Assembly: GCA_965237415.1 (NCBI GenBank) | Contig: CBDEFM010000002.1 | Location: forward strand, 32,001 to 96,000 | Length of the DNA stretch: 64,000 nt | DNA from: Alphaproteobacteria bacterium | Lineage (GTDB): Bacteria > Pseudomonadota > Alphaproteobacteria > UBA828 | Direction: 5' to 3' | Part shown: positions 63,787 through 64,000 of the stretch, piece by piece | Position numbering within the stretch: position 1 is the first letter of the stretch | Layout of the letters: each line of letters begins with the position of its first letter | Translations under genes and position numbers: made by a program | The notes under the pieces: generated by a model | The model's input: the letters and a program-made list of their open reading frames with translations, nothing else | Database searches by the model: none | Told to the model about the DNA's origin: nothing

Positions 63787-64000
63787 CAGAAAAAAGAGTC
63801 CGATCCCGTGGGCCGGGCAGATCGGGCGAGAGGCGGAAGACGGAGGGGGGACGCAGGCGGCGATGACGGCGGGTTCTCCCTCTCCTCCCTCGGGCGGAGA
63901 GGGCCGGGAAGCGTAGCGGGGACTACGGTTGAGACCCGCGACACGTGATCGGGCGTGCCGCGAACCGCGACCGCCTCCTGGGGGTTAGCACCAACCGACC

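Overview
High-GC bacterial window, probably alphaproteobacterial (inferred from the glmU-glmS-gph block and the palindromic repeats). It holds three transport/catabolic modules: TRAP plus an enolase-superfamily enzyme; sugar-type ABC plus amidohydrolase/DUF59/GST; and peptide ABC plus amidase and pyroglutamyl peptidase. It also has a hydantoinase/oxoprolinase pair, a surface metalloprotease lipoprotein, a nucleotide-sugar/glmUS block, an Abi-like gene and a Mu gp27-like ORF. Three mobile-element graveyards (about 4.6-10.0, 16.5-21.4 and 33.0-44.4 kb) separate these modules. The most striking structure is a four-level nest at 35.5-42.6 kb. An IS110 left non-coding end (the putative bridge-RNA region) is interrupted by a class C group II intron. 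That intron's RT gene is interrupted just after its YADD catalytic codons by a second, class D-like group II intron, whose EBS1/EBS2 loops are complementary to the YADD codons. An IS3-like element sits inside that second intron. No rRNA, tRNA or CRISPR array was seen. All calls come from reading the sequence and motifs by eye; no database search was run.
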